Source: Azolla caroliniana (Eukaryota > Plantae > Polypodiophyta). From it: 64,000 nucleotides of DNA. Numbering within the stretch: position 1 is the stretch's first letter; every line of letters begins with the position of its first letter. The notes beneath the pieces are model-generated. The model had not been told where the DNA came from and searched no databases. It saw only the letters and a program-made list of their open reading frames with translations. Both the position numbers and the translations under genes were made by a program. Where the stretch lies: NCBI GenBank assembly GCA_043228905.1, contig JBHGNT010000008.1, positions 20,894,001 through 20,958,000 on the forward strand, written 5' to 3'. Below, piece by piece: positions 23,401 to 35,744 of the stretch.

Positions 23401-26400
23401 ATACCAAGCTCTCCGATGAAGTCCTTCATCCATAATATTTCCTTGCAGGTACTCCGCCTCTGTGGTTGACAATGCAACCGTCTTCTACAGCCTCGACTGC
23501 CATGAATTAGCTCGCCCTACATATGTCATCACATACCCGGATGTAGACCGGCTGGTATCCACATCAGCCGACATGTCCGAATCGGTGAAACCGTTTAGTT
23601 GAGGTTTTCCGGAGCCGAATCGGAGACACATATTTGAAGTGCCCTTCAAATACCGGAGTATCCACTTGACCGCGTTCCAGTGCTCCTTGCCGGGATTGCT
23701 CATAAACCGGCTCACCACTCCGACTGCGTATCCAATGTCTGGTCGGGTACAAACCATTGCGTACATCAAGCTCCCGACGGCAGAGGCATATGGGATCTTC
23801 ATCATATCCGCCTTCTCTGCTTTCGTCTTCAGGCTTTGCTTACCGGATAGCCTGCAGTTTGCCGGAAGTGTCGATCCAACCGGTTTCGCTTCTGACATGT
23901 TGAACCGGTGAAGCACCTTTGTCACATACTTCTCCTGTGACAGCCATAGTTGCTTCTTTAACCGATCCCGAATGATGTGCATCCCCAACATCTGTCTTGC
24001 CGGACCCAAGTCTTTCATTGAGAAGGTCCGGTTGAGAGCCTTCTTCAGCATCCGTATTTTGACTTGGTCACGTCCGACGATCAACATGTCATCCACGTAT
24101 AGGAGGAGTATCAGGAAGTCCCCTCCTTCAAACTTCTTCACAAACACACAGTGATCGGCCTGCGTCTTGTGGTTTGATCGGTCATGAAGGAGTCGAACTT
24201 CCATTACCATTGTCAGGGAGCCTGCTTCAGTCCATACAGGCTCTTCTTCAACCGGCATACCAGGTGCTCCTTCCCTTTCTCCACAAATCCTTCCGTTTGC
24301 TGCATGTAGATCTCCTCTTCGAGGTCGCCGTGAAGGAATGCCGTCTTCACATCCAGCTACTCTACCTCGAGGTCCATGCTTGCTACTATACTCCGCACCG
24401 TCTGGATAGAGGTCATCTTTACTACCGGGGCAAATATCTCGTCGAAGTCCACGCCCTTCTTCTGCTGGAACCCCTTCACCACGATCCTGGCTTTGTATCT
24501 CGGGGGGTTGCCGGCATCTCCCGGTTTCAACTTGTACACCCACTTGTTCCGGAGTGCCTGCTTTCCTTTAGGCAACTCCACCAATTCGTACGTATGGTTC
24601 TCATGCAGGGAATCCATCTCGTCCTGCATGGCACTTAACCACTTTGGGCTGTGGGTGTCCTCCTTCACTTCTTCGAAGCTTTCCGGCTCCCCCTCATCGG
24701 TCAGCAGAACATGCTCTACATCCGGAAATCTCCGGGGGGGCCTTCTCTCTCTAAGAGGATATCTCCGTCTTCGGGCTTCGGTAACCGGCTCCTCCATTTG
24801 CTCTTCATCTGAATCTGATTCGGGGTCTTGGCCAATTCCGGTCTCAGCTTCCTCTACCTCCTCTTCTGCCGGTTCGGTATCCTCACCGTAACCGGCTGGC
24901 TCCTCGAGTGCTAACCATTCTCTTGCCGGTTGGGTCTGCTCATCGTAGAGTCTATCCTTACCGGTCGACTCAGAGTTCATTATCTTCTTCTCCGACTCCC
25001 AGTCGGCAAGCGCCTTGTCCTCCATGAAGATAATATCTCGACTCCGGAATACCTTCTTGTCGACCGGGTCCCACACTCGGTAGCCGAACTCATCGTCACC
25101 GTAACCGAGGAATATGCATGGCCGGGTCTTTGGATCTAACTTTCCTCTCCGGTCCTTTGCTACATGCACGTACGCGAGACACCCGAACACCCTCAAATGC
25201 TGGTAGGACACTTCCTTACCGGTCCATACTCTCTGTGGCGTGTCTCCGTCCAAGGGTACTGAGGGTGATTTGTTTATCACATATGTCACCGTCGACAGTG
25301 CCTCAGCCCAAAACTTCTTGGTTAGTTTTGCATGCGCTAGCATACTCCGGACCCTCTCCATTATGGTCTGGTTCATCCTCTCGGCCAGTCCGTTTAGTTC
25401 CGGTGTCTTCGGCACGATAAATTCGAGCCGGATTCCCTTCAAGCGGCAGTACTCCTCGAACTGACCCCGGTATTCTCCTCCGTTATCTGCTAGAACCGCC
25501 TTCAGCTTCCGGCCTGTTTCTCTTTCCACTCTCGCGTGGAGCTCTTTGAAGACGGATAGCACCTGATCCTTCATCTTCAGCGGTGTGCCCACAGCTTCCG
25601 GCTGTGGTCATCTATGAACGTCACGAAGTACTACACTCCGGCATGTGAGTTCGTGTCTACTTAACACACATCCGTATGCACCAACTCCAGTGGTGCATTA
25701 CGTCTCATCAGTGGCCTTGGTCGGAAGGAGGTCTGGTTTTGCTTACCGGCCAGACAATCAGTGCACTTCTCCAAGTGCACATTCTTCACTGGAATGAGGT
25801 TGTCGTCTGCAAGCCTCTTCATCCCCTTCTCGCTCATATGACACAGTCTGTTGTGGCACAGCTCACCGGCAATGCCGGATGCCACGTTCAATTCTTCCGG
25901 GCATAACCGGGCATTCATCAGGTACAACGTGTTTACCTTCCGGGCCCGAGCCACAATCAGGCTCCCTTTGCTGAACTTCATGACACCGTTCCGGATGCTA
26001 CCCGTGTAGCCTTCATCATCTAGCCGACCGGCTGATATCAGGTTCAGACGAACTTCCGGAACGTGTCGGACATCCTTCAACAACAACTTGCATCCGGTTG
26101 GTGTTGTCAGCCACACGTCTCCTATGCCGACAATTCGGCATGTCCCTTCATTTCCCATCCGGACACAGCCGTGATCACCGGCTGAGTAGGATGAGAAGCA
26201 TTTCCGGTCCGGGGTAAGGTGGAATGACACTCCGGAGTCTACCACCCAGGTCATCTCGTCGCCGGCAAGGTTTATCTCACACTCCTCGGTGATGAGCATC
26301 AACTCTTCTTCACTTGTCGCGATTGCCGTCGTTCCCTTCTGGTCCGTCCCCTTCCGGTCTTTACCGTTCTGGTCCGGGGTTTGCTTCGAATCGGTACCGT

Positions 26401-29400
26401 CGGTTTCCTTGTCTTTACGGAAATGTCGACAGTTCTTTTGGAAGTGACCCGGCTTGCCGCAATAGAAGCAAGTAGGCCTCCCCCTTGACTTTGACCGTGT
26501 CCCCAACTTCTCCCGGTTCTGGGGACTACGGTTTCTATGTCTTCCGCGTTTCGATTTGGTAAGGAGCGCTTTGGAGTCAGAGCTTGTATCTTTATCCTTC
26601 TGATGCGCCTCCTCATCTAGGAAGCTCGACTTTACTCTTGCTAGGGATAACCGTTTTCCTTCCGGCCCGGTGTTGCCCAAAGTGACAACCAACGTCTCCC
26701 AGCTATCCGGGAGGGAACCAGCAGGAGTAGCGCTAGTACCTCATCGGCAAGAGGTACTTCCAATGACGTTGACTAGTGTATCAGCCCCTGGAAGGCATTC
26801 ATGTGCTCCGCCATGCTGGACCCATCTTGGTACCGGAGTCTTACTAGCTTCCGGAATACCGAAACCTGGTTAACAGCATTTTTGTTTTGGAACATTATGC
26901 CGATCTTCTCCCAGAGCTCATGAGCCTTGCTCTCTTCATTGAAGTTGTTGTATAGGCTCATGTCGATGAAGCACCGTACGTACGCCGTTGTCTTCATGTG
27001 CATCACGTCCCATATCGTGGCGTCGATTTTGTCCGGTCTCTTGTCCCCGAATTGAACCGGCAGCCAGAGGTCTTTAACCACGAGCATGTCCCTCATCTTC
27101 GACTTCCACACTGAATAGTTGGAGCCGGTGAGCTTGAACATGCCGCCAAACGATTCGTCCATTTTCTGTGTCGATTTCGCTCTGATACCACTTGACAGGA
27201 ACTTGTCGTTCCTTATGCGCAAGACTCGGCCACAACGAGATTCTTTTCATACACAGAAAAATAGGTAATGAAACCCGACACAAACAAGAGAAACGGTACA
27301 CAGGAGGTTTACGTGGAAAACCCCAAACTAGGGGAAAAACCACGACAGCCCACAGGTTGCAAACTGTGACTATGTATGAATGTAAAAAAACAGTGATTTC
27401 ACGGAGGCAACGACCTCGGACTCACGCTCTTCGCCACAGGCTGCGGTTATAACAGAGGCAGCGACCTCTTTCTCTCTCTCTCTCTCTTTGTACGATGTTA
27501 CGCACACTAATCTTGTGTAATACAGAAAATTGACAACAACCTAATATTAGTTTGCCCTAAGTCATATTTATACTAATATGACTTTTCGGCTATTTACAAA
27601 TATAGCCACAATGGGCTCTCAGAAACATATTTACGAATATGTCTCTTCCTCCGGTTCATACCGGGTCTGCACCATCCGGCTCTCCGTAGCCGGGTACTCC
27701 TCATCCGGTTCATACCGGGCCTGCACCATCCGGCTCTCCGTAGCCGGGTACTCCTCATCCGGTCTTCACCGGGTTTGTTCATCGTCACTGATCTTCTTCC
27801 TTCCCATCCGGAGGGACCTGTTTCCCAACAGCATGCATCTCGAGGCCCAAGAGAAGACGACATTTGTCACGGATTGGGGAGTCTATGTGGCAGTCGTTAT
27901 GATGTTCGGGCTAAAGACGGCACCGACAATATTTCAACGGACAACTACGAAGATCTTTGGGGAATATATTCCGACGTTCATGCAAGTTTTTTTAGACGAC
28001 TTTGCGGTATATGGGAGAACAATAGACCATTTTACGCATCTGCAACTATGCTTGGAACGTTGCCGCACCGCACGCTTAAGCCTGAATCCCGTGAAATGTG
28101 CCTTCGGCATGACCAACGGGCCTCTCCTAGGCCATATAGTCAGCAAGGAGGGAATAACGGTTGATCTGAACAAAATCTCCGCAATTATGCAAGCCAAAAC
28201 TTCTACAAACGCGAAATCACTCAGCCGGTTTTTAGGACAAATACGGTGGCATAGTCGGATGATATGATATTTGGCGGACTTCGCCACGCCGTTACATGCT
28301 ATCGTGCATCAGACTCCCTTCCAATGGATCGCAACGGAGGACAAGGCCTATGAGGCACTTAAGATAATGCTCACACAGACCCCCGTCGTACAACCACCAG
28401 TTTGGGCGAAGCCATTCCACGTGTTCATCGACGCCTCAGACATAGCAATAGGGAGTGCGCTAATGTAGCTCACTGAACCAAACTGGTATCGGCCAGTGTA
28501 CTACGCTATTCGCAAATTATCAACAGCAAAGCGTAACTATTCCACAACGGAGCGGGAGGCGCTAGGGATGATCTATAGAATCAATAAGTTCCGGCATTAT
28601 TTACTGGGGAGGAAATTCACATTCCATGTGGATCATTCGACGCTACTGTATTTGGTGGAGAAACAAGCCCTCACGGGGAAATTGGTGCGATGGATGTTGT
28701 TGCTTCAAGAATTCGAATTTGTAATGCAACAACGATCAGGGACGCAACACGCAGTGGCAGATTTTTTTAGCAGACTCAATAATGGAGAAATAGTACAGAA
28801 GGACGACGACGATTTTCCGGATGCCGACATCCTGCAAGTAGCAGCACTGGCAAAAAGAATAGAATCGACCTTTCCAGACCGGTGGCTTATGGAAATGACA
28901 TACTTTTTGACTACGGGACTGCCTCCACCACAATGCGCACGGACGAGAAGAAATGACTAGCCGTTCGAAGCCGTAACTTCTGCCTCCTAGAAGGAATTTT
29001 ATATCACAAAGGAAGTGACGGCATTTGGCGATGTGGGGTACGTCAGGATGAGAAAGAAGCAGTTTTACAGGAGGCGCACTACGGCACAGTAGGCGACCAT
29101 TACGCGGGTGATGTTATAGCCTGGAAAGTATGGCAGGCGGGCCTATGGTGGCCGACAACGTAGAAGGACGCATCCGAGTATTGTAGAAAGTGTGATTTGT
29201 GTCAACGGATGGGCAAGCCCACAGAAGGCGCAAGGTTGCCACACCAGCCCGTATTACCGTTAGACCCCTTCCAAAAATGGGGATTGGATTTTGTCGGCCC
29301 CTCACACCGGCGGCAGCCCGTACGGGCAATAAATACATATTGGTAGCCACGGATTATTGCACCAAGTGGGTAGAAGCAAAGGCACTACGAGAAAATATAG

Positions 29401-30150
29401 TGGCCGTCACAACGAGATTCCTTTACGAGCACATCTGGTGCCAGTTCGGCTGTCCGATTGAGCTCATCAGTGACCAGGGGAGCCACTTTCTCAATACGGT
29501 GGTTCGGGAACTAACACATCATTACACCGTAGTCCACAAGAAGAGTACACCATATTATCCACAAACGAATGGGTTAGCGGAATCCACCAACAAGACGTTG
29601 CAGACCATCTTGAAGAAAATCGTCAACGAAAATAGAACGAACTGGGATACCAAATTACAGAGTGCGTTATGGGCGTACAGAACCAGCTACAAAACAAGCA
29701 TACAGTCAACACCGTTTCGACTAGCGTTTGGGTTGGAGGCTGTGATGCCGGTAGAATTTTAGATACCCAGTTTGTAGATTCAGGTACGGGACCGATTATC
29801 GAAAGCCAAGTTGGAGGAGGGTATGGCTCCACCAGCTACTCGAACTAGGGGAAACACGCGTACATAGCATGGCTGTGTTGGAGCAGGAACAACGATGGTG
29901 TAAAGTGTTTGTGGATTGACATCGGAACACAAGGGAAAAGGATTTCGCTGTCAGTCGAGCGGTGCTGGTTTTCCAAACCCGCATGGGCCATATGCCAGGG
30001 AAGTTATGATTCCGCTGGACAGGCCCGTACTGGATAATTGGAGCGGAACAAGGCACGTTCCAACTAGGTACGCTGGCCGGGGAAGTATTTTGGCAAAAGG
30101 TGAATGGGTTTCGACTTAAACCTTACCTGGGCCCTACGCCACCTAACCCA
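20423..30150 (+). pseudogene. G2 gag-pol, interrupted by Copia C-B
   Basis: Domain order gag-PR-RT-RH-INT with many stops; part of RT deleted at the C-B left junction. Confidence 0.88.
22908..27830 (-). mobile_element. Ty1/Copia element (C-B); 5' LTR 27193-27830, truncated 3' LTR ~22908-23128
   Basis: PBS TGGTATCAGAGC 27179-27190; PPT next to 23129; gag-PR-INT-RT-RH pieces 23139-27162; same family as C-C. Confidence 0.93.
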
Positions 30151-30346
30151 TTAACCGCCAGATAGGACAATGCCGGAGAACCCATAGCGTAAGTGGATGG
30201 CCCCACTTATATCATAATGTAAAAATAGGTTGTATGTTACCGTTATGAAATCAAAAAGAAAAAAAACAGAGATGATAGCGACACTATTAAAGAAAAAGGA
30301 CGAAATGCATGCATAGACTCCTAGATCAAGAACACGCGGCACCACG

Positions 30347-33252
30347 ATGGCTCACCGCCCAATGAACCCTAAGCCACAAAAAGAAGGAAATAAAAGATCT
30401 TCTTCACAAAATAGAAACCCACCTTCTAACTATCAGCGCTCCCATCGCTCCTCCCCCTCCCATCACCTTCTCCTCCATCCTATCACAGAGCTCCAACCCA
30501 TTGTAACCACCAATCTCCTCCCCACGAACCTACTTTGGCGATATCAATCTTCATCTCTACTGCCTTACGCCGATGGCTCGTGGAGAAACGCCTAGATGGG
30601 TACATCTGGCTCGCAGAGGCACCTCCACACCCGGATGCCATGGACATCGCCAGAAAGCTTAACATCGACACGGTCGCCAACTCTTCCATCCGGAAAAACT
30701 TGGACATGTCATTGCTAGCAAAAGGCATTTCGAAATCCCTCCTGTAGAGGCGTTGTAGAGATATTTCGGTCCATATTCCTCCTCCACCAAGGCCTATAGA
30801 ATGAAGCAGATCCCGGATCCCTTCTTCTGTGAAGTCGCCAAGTTCCTATTAGAGGTTGGCAAGTTCCTATGGGATGCCCAAGCAAAAGTTGAGTATCATT
30901 ATTGATACCTTTGAAGGGCGTGCGGTCGATTGGGGGGTCATCACAGGGCCGACATTAAGGGAAGGCCTGCATGCGTATCAGGAAGGCAAGAAGCTTAGGC
31001 CGATCATACAACAGTACCTTATAGTGCTATTCCCACCCCGAGGCCTACCGGCACCGCAGTCCAGCCGACCCACGGCTCTGCCCCAATCCGCGAAGCGCAG
31101 GTTAGCGGAGTTAGCTGCCCCAGAGTAGGAAGAGGAACCCCAACCCGCCCAGCTAGACACACAGACAACGCAGGAAGAACAACCGGCACGCTCCGCAGAA
31201 GCAACCCCAGAGCCGGACGCTGAAACACGGCAGGATAGTCCTAGACCGAAACGACGGAAATTGGCCAGGAAAGATGGGCGGGGATTGGTCAAAGACGTCC
31301 CCACGGCGGCAGAGACAATGACCGAAGGCGATGGCTCCATAGCTACGGAGCCCAATACCACCTTCAAAATTATCCGGGAGCCACGGCCAATCATTACGAC
31401 CCAATCACAACGAGGGAAAGCCGTATTCATGGCGGAAAGCGAGGTTTTGGCATATCCAGATATCCCGGACACGGCCCATGAGTTCAACGCCCTCTTACAG
31501 TTCGGAACCTCTTTTGAGCTCATGGAATTCCTGGCAATGCAATAGATAAAGGCCTCACAACGAATGGCCGAGGAGCACGCGGAGTGCCAGATGATCGAGC
31601 GCGCCCTAACACAAACAGCAGAGAGCGACGATGAGAACCGGCTAGCCAGGGTTGGCAGACGGAGGGACGTCGGTGTATGCCGAGTGGGGATGGAGCTACC
31701 CCCATTAAACACGGCCCTAGTCGAAATCCATAGGGAACTGGCAAAGGTCAGCACAGTGCCAAGGAGATGGCCATTAAAAATAAGAATGTCTGGAAGAAGG
31801 TGAAAATGACCCAAGCCAAGCTGCAAAAAGCCAACGAACGCATCGCGGAGTTGGAATCTAACGCGACTACGGAGCAACAGGCAACTCCGCCACCAAACCA
31901 CGCCATCGACGCTTTGAAGGAAGAAATTGAGGCTCAGACCGCCATCACCTCAAAAGTGAAAAGGGCCGTGCAACTAGTGGAATCAGAAATTGACCGCCTT
32001 CAAGCTGAACTGCGCCAATCCTCAGACAATGAAAAGGAGATCCGGGCTAACGGCTGGAAGGTAGTAAAAATCCTTGAAGAGAAACTCGTTGCAGAGGTAG
32101 CACAGCACATCTGGACAAAAGAAGAAAACGCCCAATTACGGGATGAAGCGAAGAAATCGAAGGCGGCAATCGCGGGACTCCGAACCTTATTGGAGAAAAA
32201 GAAGGTTCGATGAGCAGCTGGTGGTCGAACAGGAAAGAAGGCATCAGCTCGAAATCTGCCTCAACAATGAAATGGGGAAATTAGAAGAACATCATGCAAA
32301 GGAATCCCAGTTGTGGGCGGGCCTGAAAACCACGTACGAAGAAGCGATGGCAGTTAGTCAGCAAGAAATTGCCAACCTCAAGAAGTCGGTGGAGGACACA
32401 CGCAATTGTTGCCAGGCCATCACAGACAACGTGCGTATCCTTCTACAAACAAATCGGGAGAGGTTCACAGGTTCACAGCGCAATTGAAAATGGCGCTAGA
32501 CAAAGGATGGATGGCGTGGGCAACCCAAGTAGCAGAATTGCACGCGTATCATGCGGACTTGGAGAACCGGCAAAAAGACGACCGAGGTTTCTATAAACTA
32601 AATGAGGAGAGCATTGTGGCCGTACGCGAGGACCTAGCGCAAGACTATCGTGCGCTAGCAGACCAACATTCCGAAGAACTTGCGCAACTCTTAGATGATT
32701 TTGGTGAAAGCCAGGAGGAGCTATTTCACCAGATCACACAAACCGGCAGCATGCGAACAAATGAGGAATCCATCGCGATGCCAATTCTGGGCACGGCCGA
32801 AGAAGAGGAACCTCAAGCGAGATCACCAGAAATTACGACGACAGTGAATAGCGCGGAACAACGAGCAGAGTCCCCCATAGTACCAAACAACGAAACCACT
32901 GCCCAAGTGGAGCCCCATCCGCAGGAGCCCACCCTATCGGCGGACCACACGAAGAACGTTGCGGGCCAGGCGGAATCGCAACCCCACTCCCCGGAGCGTA
33001 CAACAACGGCCGACACCACAGAGGAAGTGATTATTGAGACCGAGTCGCGGCCGACCGCAAGCACGACGACGGCTGAGCCCAACCCATTAGCTCAAGAAGA
33101 GCCCATCGTACCCGAACCGTCCACACAGGATGACAACGACACCAGGAGAAGCCATCCCACCACACCACGATGCACCTACGGGCCCTACGTAGCCTCCGGA
33201 CGTAGACACCGTAGCAAAGCCAAACATCCAGGCCATTTTGGAAGAAGATTAA
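30347..33252 (+). pseudogene. Extra 3' ORF of G2
   Basis: Colinear homologue of 1067-3879; same start (MxHRPMNP) and stop position about 50 bp before the LTR. Confidence 0.8.
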
Positions 33253-35521
33253 CGGGATGGGTCCGACGTGCCAGGGCACTGTCCCATAGGCGTGCCAGGT
33301 GTTGTCCGCCGGAATAGTAACCGACGGACAAGAGCGTAGGAAGAAGAAATAATATAAGATCATAACGCATGTAATGGTTCACGCAGGAAGCGTGAACGGC
33401 TAAAAAGACCCTGCGTATATAAAGGGCAAAAAACCTCTGATAGAGGGAGCGTGTAATTTTGGAATGTAAAGAAGCGTATCATAATAGAATTCTATCTTCT
33501 CTGAAAATCTGTGTATAGCTAAGGCTACTCTACTGTGTGTCTGGAATACTTGAGAGTGTAAGAACGTGAGTGTGTAACCACTGATAAGGAGTCAGTTGTA
33601 GCCGTCTCCCTTATACACTGCTAGGTTACGGGAAACATTCCCCTACGTATTACGCATAGATGCCACCATTCGTTGTTTCACAATCACTTGGAGGTCTAGG
33701 TCGAAGGACTGACCGCAGACCGTGTTCCTAATTAGAAACATTCGTCTCATCGGTGGTCTTGACCGGAAGGAGGTTCGGTTTTGCTTGCCAGCCACGGGAT
33801 CAGTGCACTTCTCAAGTTGCTCGTCCTTTACAAGAATGAGATTGTCTTCGGCAAGTCTCTTCATCCCCTTCTGGCTCATGTGACACAGTCTCTTGTGGCA
33901 CAACTCACCGGCAGTGTTGGATGCTACGTTCACTTCTTCCTGGCATATCCGGGCATTCATCAAGTATAGTGTGTTGACCTTCCGGGCTCGAGCCATTATT
34001 AGGCTCCCTTTGCAAAACTTCATGACTCTGTTCCGGATGCTAGCTGTGTAGCCTTCATCATCTAGCCGACAAGGTTTAACTCATTCTTATTGGTAATGAG
34101 CATCAATTCCTCTTCACTTGTCACGATCGAGGACGTTCCTTTCTGATCCGGCCTCTCCGGTCTAAACCATTTCGGTCTAAAATCTTCTTCGAATTGGTAG
34201 TGCCAGTTTCTTTCTCTTTCTGGAAATGCCGACAGTTCTTCTGGAAGTGCCTTGGCTTCCCACAGTAGAAGCAAAGTAGGCCTCCCCCTTGCCTTCGACC
34301 TCGTCCCTGACTTGTCCCTGTTTTGGGGACTCCCATATCGGCCTCTCCCCTGGTTGTGGTCATCTTCCGTGACCAAGGCCTTCAGATCGGTTCCGGACTC
34401 CCAGTCCTTCCAGCGAGCTTCTTCATCTAGCAAGCTTGATTTTACCCTTGCTAGGGACAATTGCTTTCCTTCAGGCCCGACATTGCCCAACGTGACAACT
34501 AACGTCTCCCAGCTATCCGGGAGGGAACCGAGCAGGAGCAATGCAAGTACCTCATCGGCAAGCAATACTTCCAACGAGGTTGCTTGATGTATCAGCCCCT
34601 AGAAGGCATTCATGTGCTTCGCCATACTAGAGCCATCCTGGTACCGGAGCCTCACTAGCTTCTAGAATACCGAAACCCGATTAACAACATTCTTGTTCTG
34701 GAACATGATGTCGATCTTCTCCTAGTGTTCATGAGCCTTGCTCTCTTCATTGAAGTTGTTGTACAAGCTCATGTCGATGAAGCACTGGATGTATGTTGTC
34801 GTCTTCATGTGCATCACCTCCCACATTATGGTGTCGATCTTATCTAGTCTCTTGTCCCCGAACTGAACCGGCAACCAAAGATCTTTAACTACCAGCATAT
34901 CCCTCATCTTCGACTTCCACAATGAGTAGTTGGAGCCGGTGAGCCTGAACATGCTGCCGAACGATTCTTCCATTTCTTGTGTTGTTTGCTCTGATCCCAG
35001 ATTGAAAGAAATAGCGCGGAATATTGCTCGGCCACAACCGAGTCTTCAATCACTCCAATGAGAATCAAACACAAACATGGGAAATGGGGAGAGAACGCAC
35101 GTACACGCACAGAATAGAGAGTACACAGGATGTTTATGTGGAAAACCCTAATAGGGAAAAACCACAGGAGCCCACAGACTCTGAACTAACACTATATGAG
35201 AAAGGTACAGTTAGAGACACAGAGGCAACGACCTCGAGATCTGTTTCTTCGCCAAGCGACGGTTACAACAAAAATTGTTCTGTATCTCACTCTCTCTCTG
35301 TCTTTGTCTATACAACAGTTATACATGCAGCAATATGACAACAACATAATGATTAATTGCCCTAAGTCATATTATACTTATATGAACTTAGGCCTATTTA
35401 GAAATAAAGCCTCAATAGGCTTACTCAAAACATATTTACAAATATGTCTTCTCTTCCGGTTCTCACCGGGTCCATCTTCATTCATAACCGGATCCCATCT
35501 GGAGGGACCGATTTCCCAACA

Positions 35522-35720
35522 AACTGGAGCGAGGAACGATTAGGAAAACTGATTCTCCATCCTGGTCACAAACAAACTCAACAGAGTTGAAGTCATTACA
35601 GACCATACTCACATGTCTAACCGCATGGTAGATATGGAAGCACCGTTGATGTAGGACAACGACAGAATAATGAAGAACATTATAGCGGCTACTAACTCTC
35701 AACCTACAACAGCCATACCT
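35522..35720 (+). mobile_element. LINE ORF2 remnant, part 3 (C-terminus)
   Basis: Resumes after TSD AACTG; LTAW*IWKHR motif. Confidence 0.7.
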
Positions 35721-35744
35721 TCTGTCATTTAGCCAAAATTCACT

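Larger units (their letters stand above)
19542..33740 (+). mobile_element. Ty3/Gypsy non-chromoviral element (G2), full length, degenerate; LTRs 19542-19982 and 33300-33740 (441 bp each)
   Basis: TSD TTCCT/TTCGT; PBS TGGCACACTTGGTG 19987-20000; gag from 20423, protease VDGGSG, RT (FLDD), RNase H (DASD, EREAL), integrase, extra ORF 30347-33252. Confidence 0.94.
18641..35521 (-). mobile_element. Ty1/Copia element (C-A), internally deleted; LTRs 18641-19205 (3') and 35003-35521 (5')
   Basis: Perfect TSD AACTG (18636-18640, 35522-35526); PPT TGAAGGGGGAGAT at 19206-19218; decayed iMet PBS near 34988-35000; gag to early integrase 33741-34973; most of INT/RT/RH missing. Confidence 0.92.

Noticed and set aside
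30978-31901. 307-aa antisense ORF, and similar shadow ORFs over Copia pol
   Set aside because: Opposite-strand shadows of GC-rich coding sequence; no motifs; not kept as one frame in G1.
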